In this document: positions 63,498 through 64,000 of the stretch, piece by piece | Layout of the letters: each line of letters begins with the position of its first letter | How positions within the stretch are numbered: position 1 is the stretch's first letter | NCBI RefSeq assembly: GCF_006345805.1 | Contig: NC_043012.1 | Coordinates: forward strand, 8,370,001 to 8,434,000 | Origin: Octopus sinensis | Taxonomy: Eukaryota | DNA: 64,000 nucleotides | Direction of reading: 5' to 3' | Notes under the pieces: generated by a model | What the model was told of the DNA's origin: nothing | Database searches by the model: none | Seen by the model: the letters and a program-made list of their open reading frames with translations, nothing else | Made by a program: the position numbers and the translations under genes

Positions 63498-63530
63498 TGG
63501 TAAGAAATCAGAGAGACCAGAATATCATAC

Positions 63531-63962
63531 CTGCCACAATGGTGCCAACATTAATATTTCACATATTTCATAAATGTGTAAACTTCTGGAAATGTCCAAA
63601 AGTGAGTTTCCTTCACTATCGCGGAACAGGAGTATGTCTTGGTATGATCTTAGAATCATCCTTTGTAATATTTCTGTCTTGCCTTTCCTGATTAACTCCA
63701 GGATATGTTGGTCAATGATATCAACGTATAAATCTTTGTTGAGCTTCTTGGCAAAATCCCTCGCTGTTCTTCCTTTGCTGTCTCGCAGAGATACATCTAA
63801 ACCAAAATGGAGCAATGTTTGAATCAGTTCCAGGGATTTATCCCTTGCTATCGCTTCGTAAATTATTGTTTGACCATGTTGGTTGCGTAGTGACAAGTTA
63901 CAGTCTTTTAGGACACGGACGATGATTTTGTGGTCTTGTGGTGCATCCGGGGAACATATTAA
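63531..63962 (-). CDS. Ankyrin-repeat gene, internal exon (144 codons, LICSPD...APLWQ)
   Basis: Acceptor ttactttcccAG, donor GTATGA, 432 bp, phase 0/0; ankyrin-like motifs NQHGQTIIYEAI, DSKGRTARDFA, DSEGNSLLD. Confidence 0.85.
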
Positions 63963-64000
63963 CTGGGAAAGTAATATGGAGGAGATCAAATAAAAAATAT

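Overview
Eukaryotic, AT-rich, repeat-saturated genomic DNA. The SINE families and microsatellite load point to a coleoid cephalopod, most likely Octopus; this is inferred from recognising the repeats, not from a search. Two protein-coding loci are supportable, both on the minus strand. (1) The 3' part of a multi-exon ankyrin-repeat gene: six GT-AG-bounded phase-0 exons between 55233 and 63962 plus a probable Val-stop terminal exon at 50691; the 5' end lies outside the window. (2) A single-coding-exon gene for an uncharacterised 376-aa protein (36450-37580). An intronless THOC1-like fragment lies antisense inside an intron of the ankyrin gene. The rest is SINEs of at least four families, LINE remnants (Penelope/GIY-YIG, L1/Tx1-like, RTE, CR1, Dong/R4), mariner relics, Helitrons, MITEs (Merlin-like, hAT, piggyBac-like, Tigger-like), a solo LTR and very long compound microsatellites. 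Most ORFs in the supplied track are microsatellite artefacts. No rRNA, true tRNA or CRISPR is seen. The most notable observations are: GG-ended, 8-bp-TSD MITEs carrying telomeric TTAGGG tracts; a minisatellite born from RTE reverse-transcriptase coding sequence; a composite SINE unit flanked by a 67-bp direct repeat; modular Helitrons; and a LINE tail that matches a SINE tail. Boundaries of degenerate repeats are approximate.
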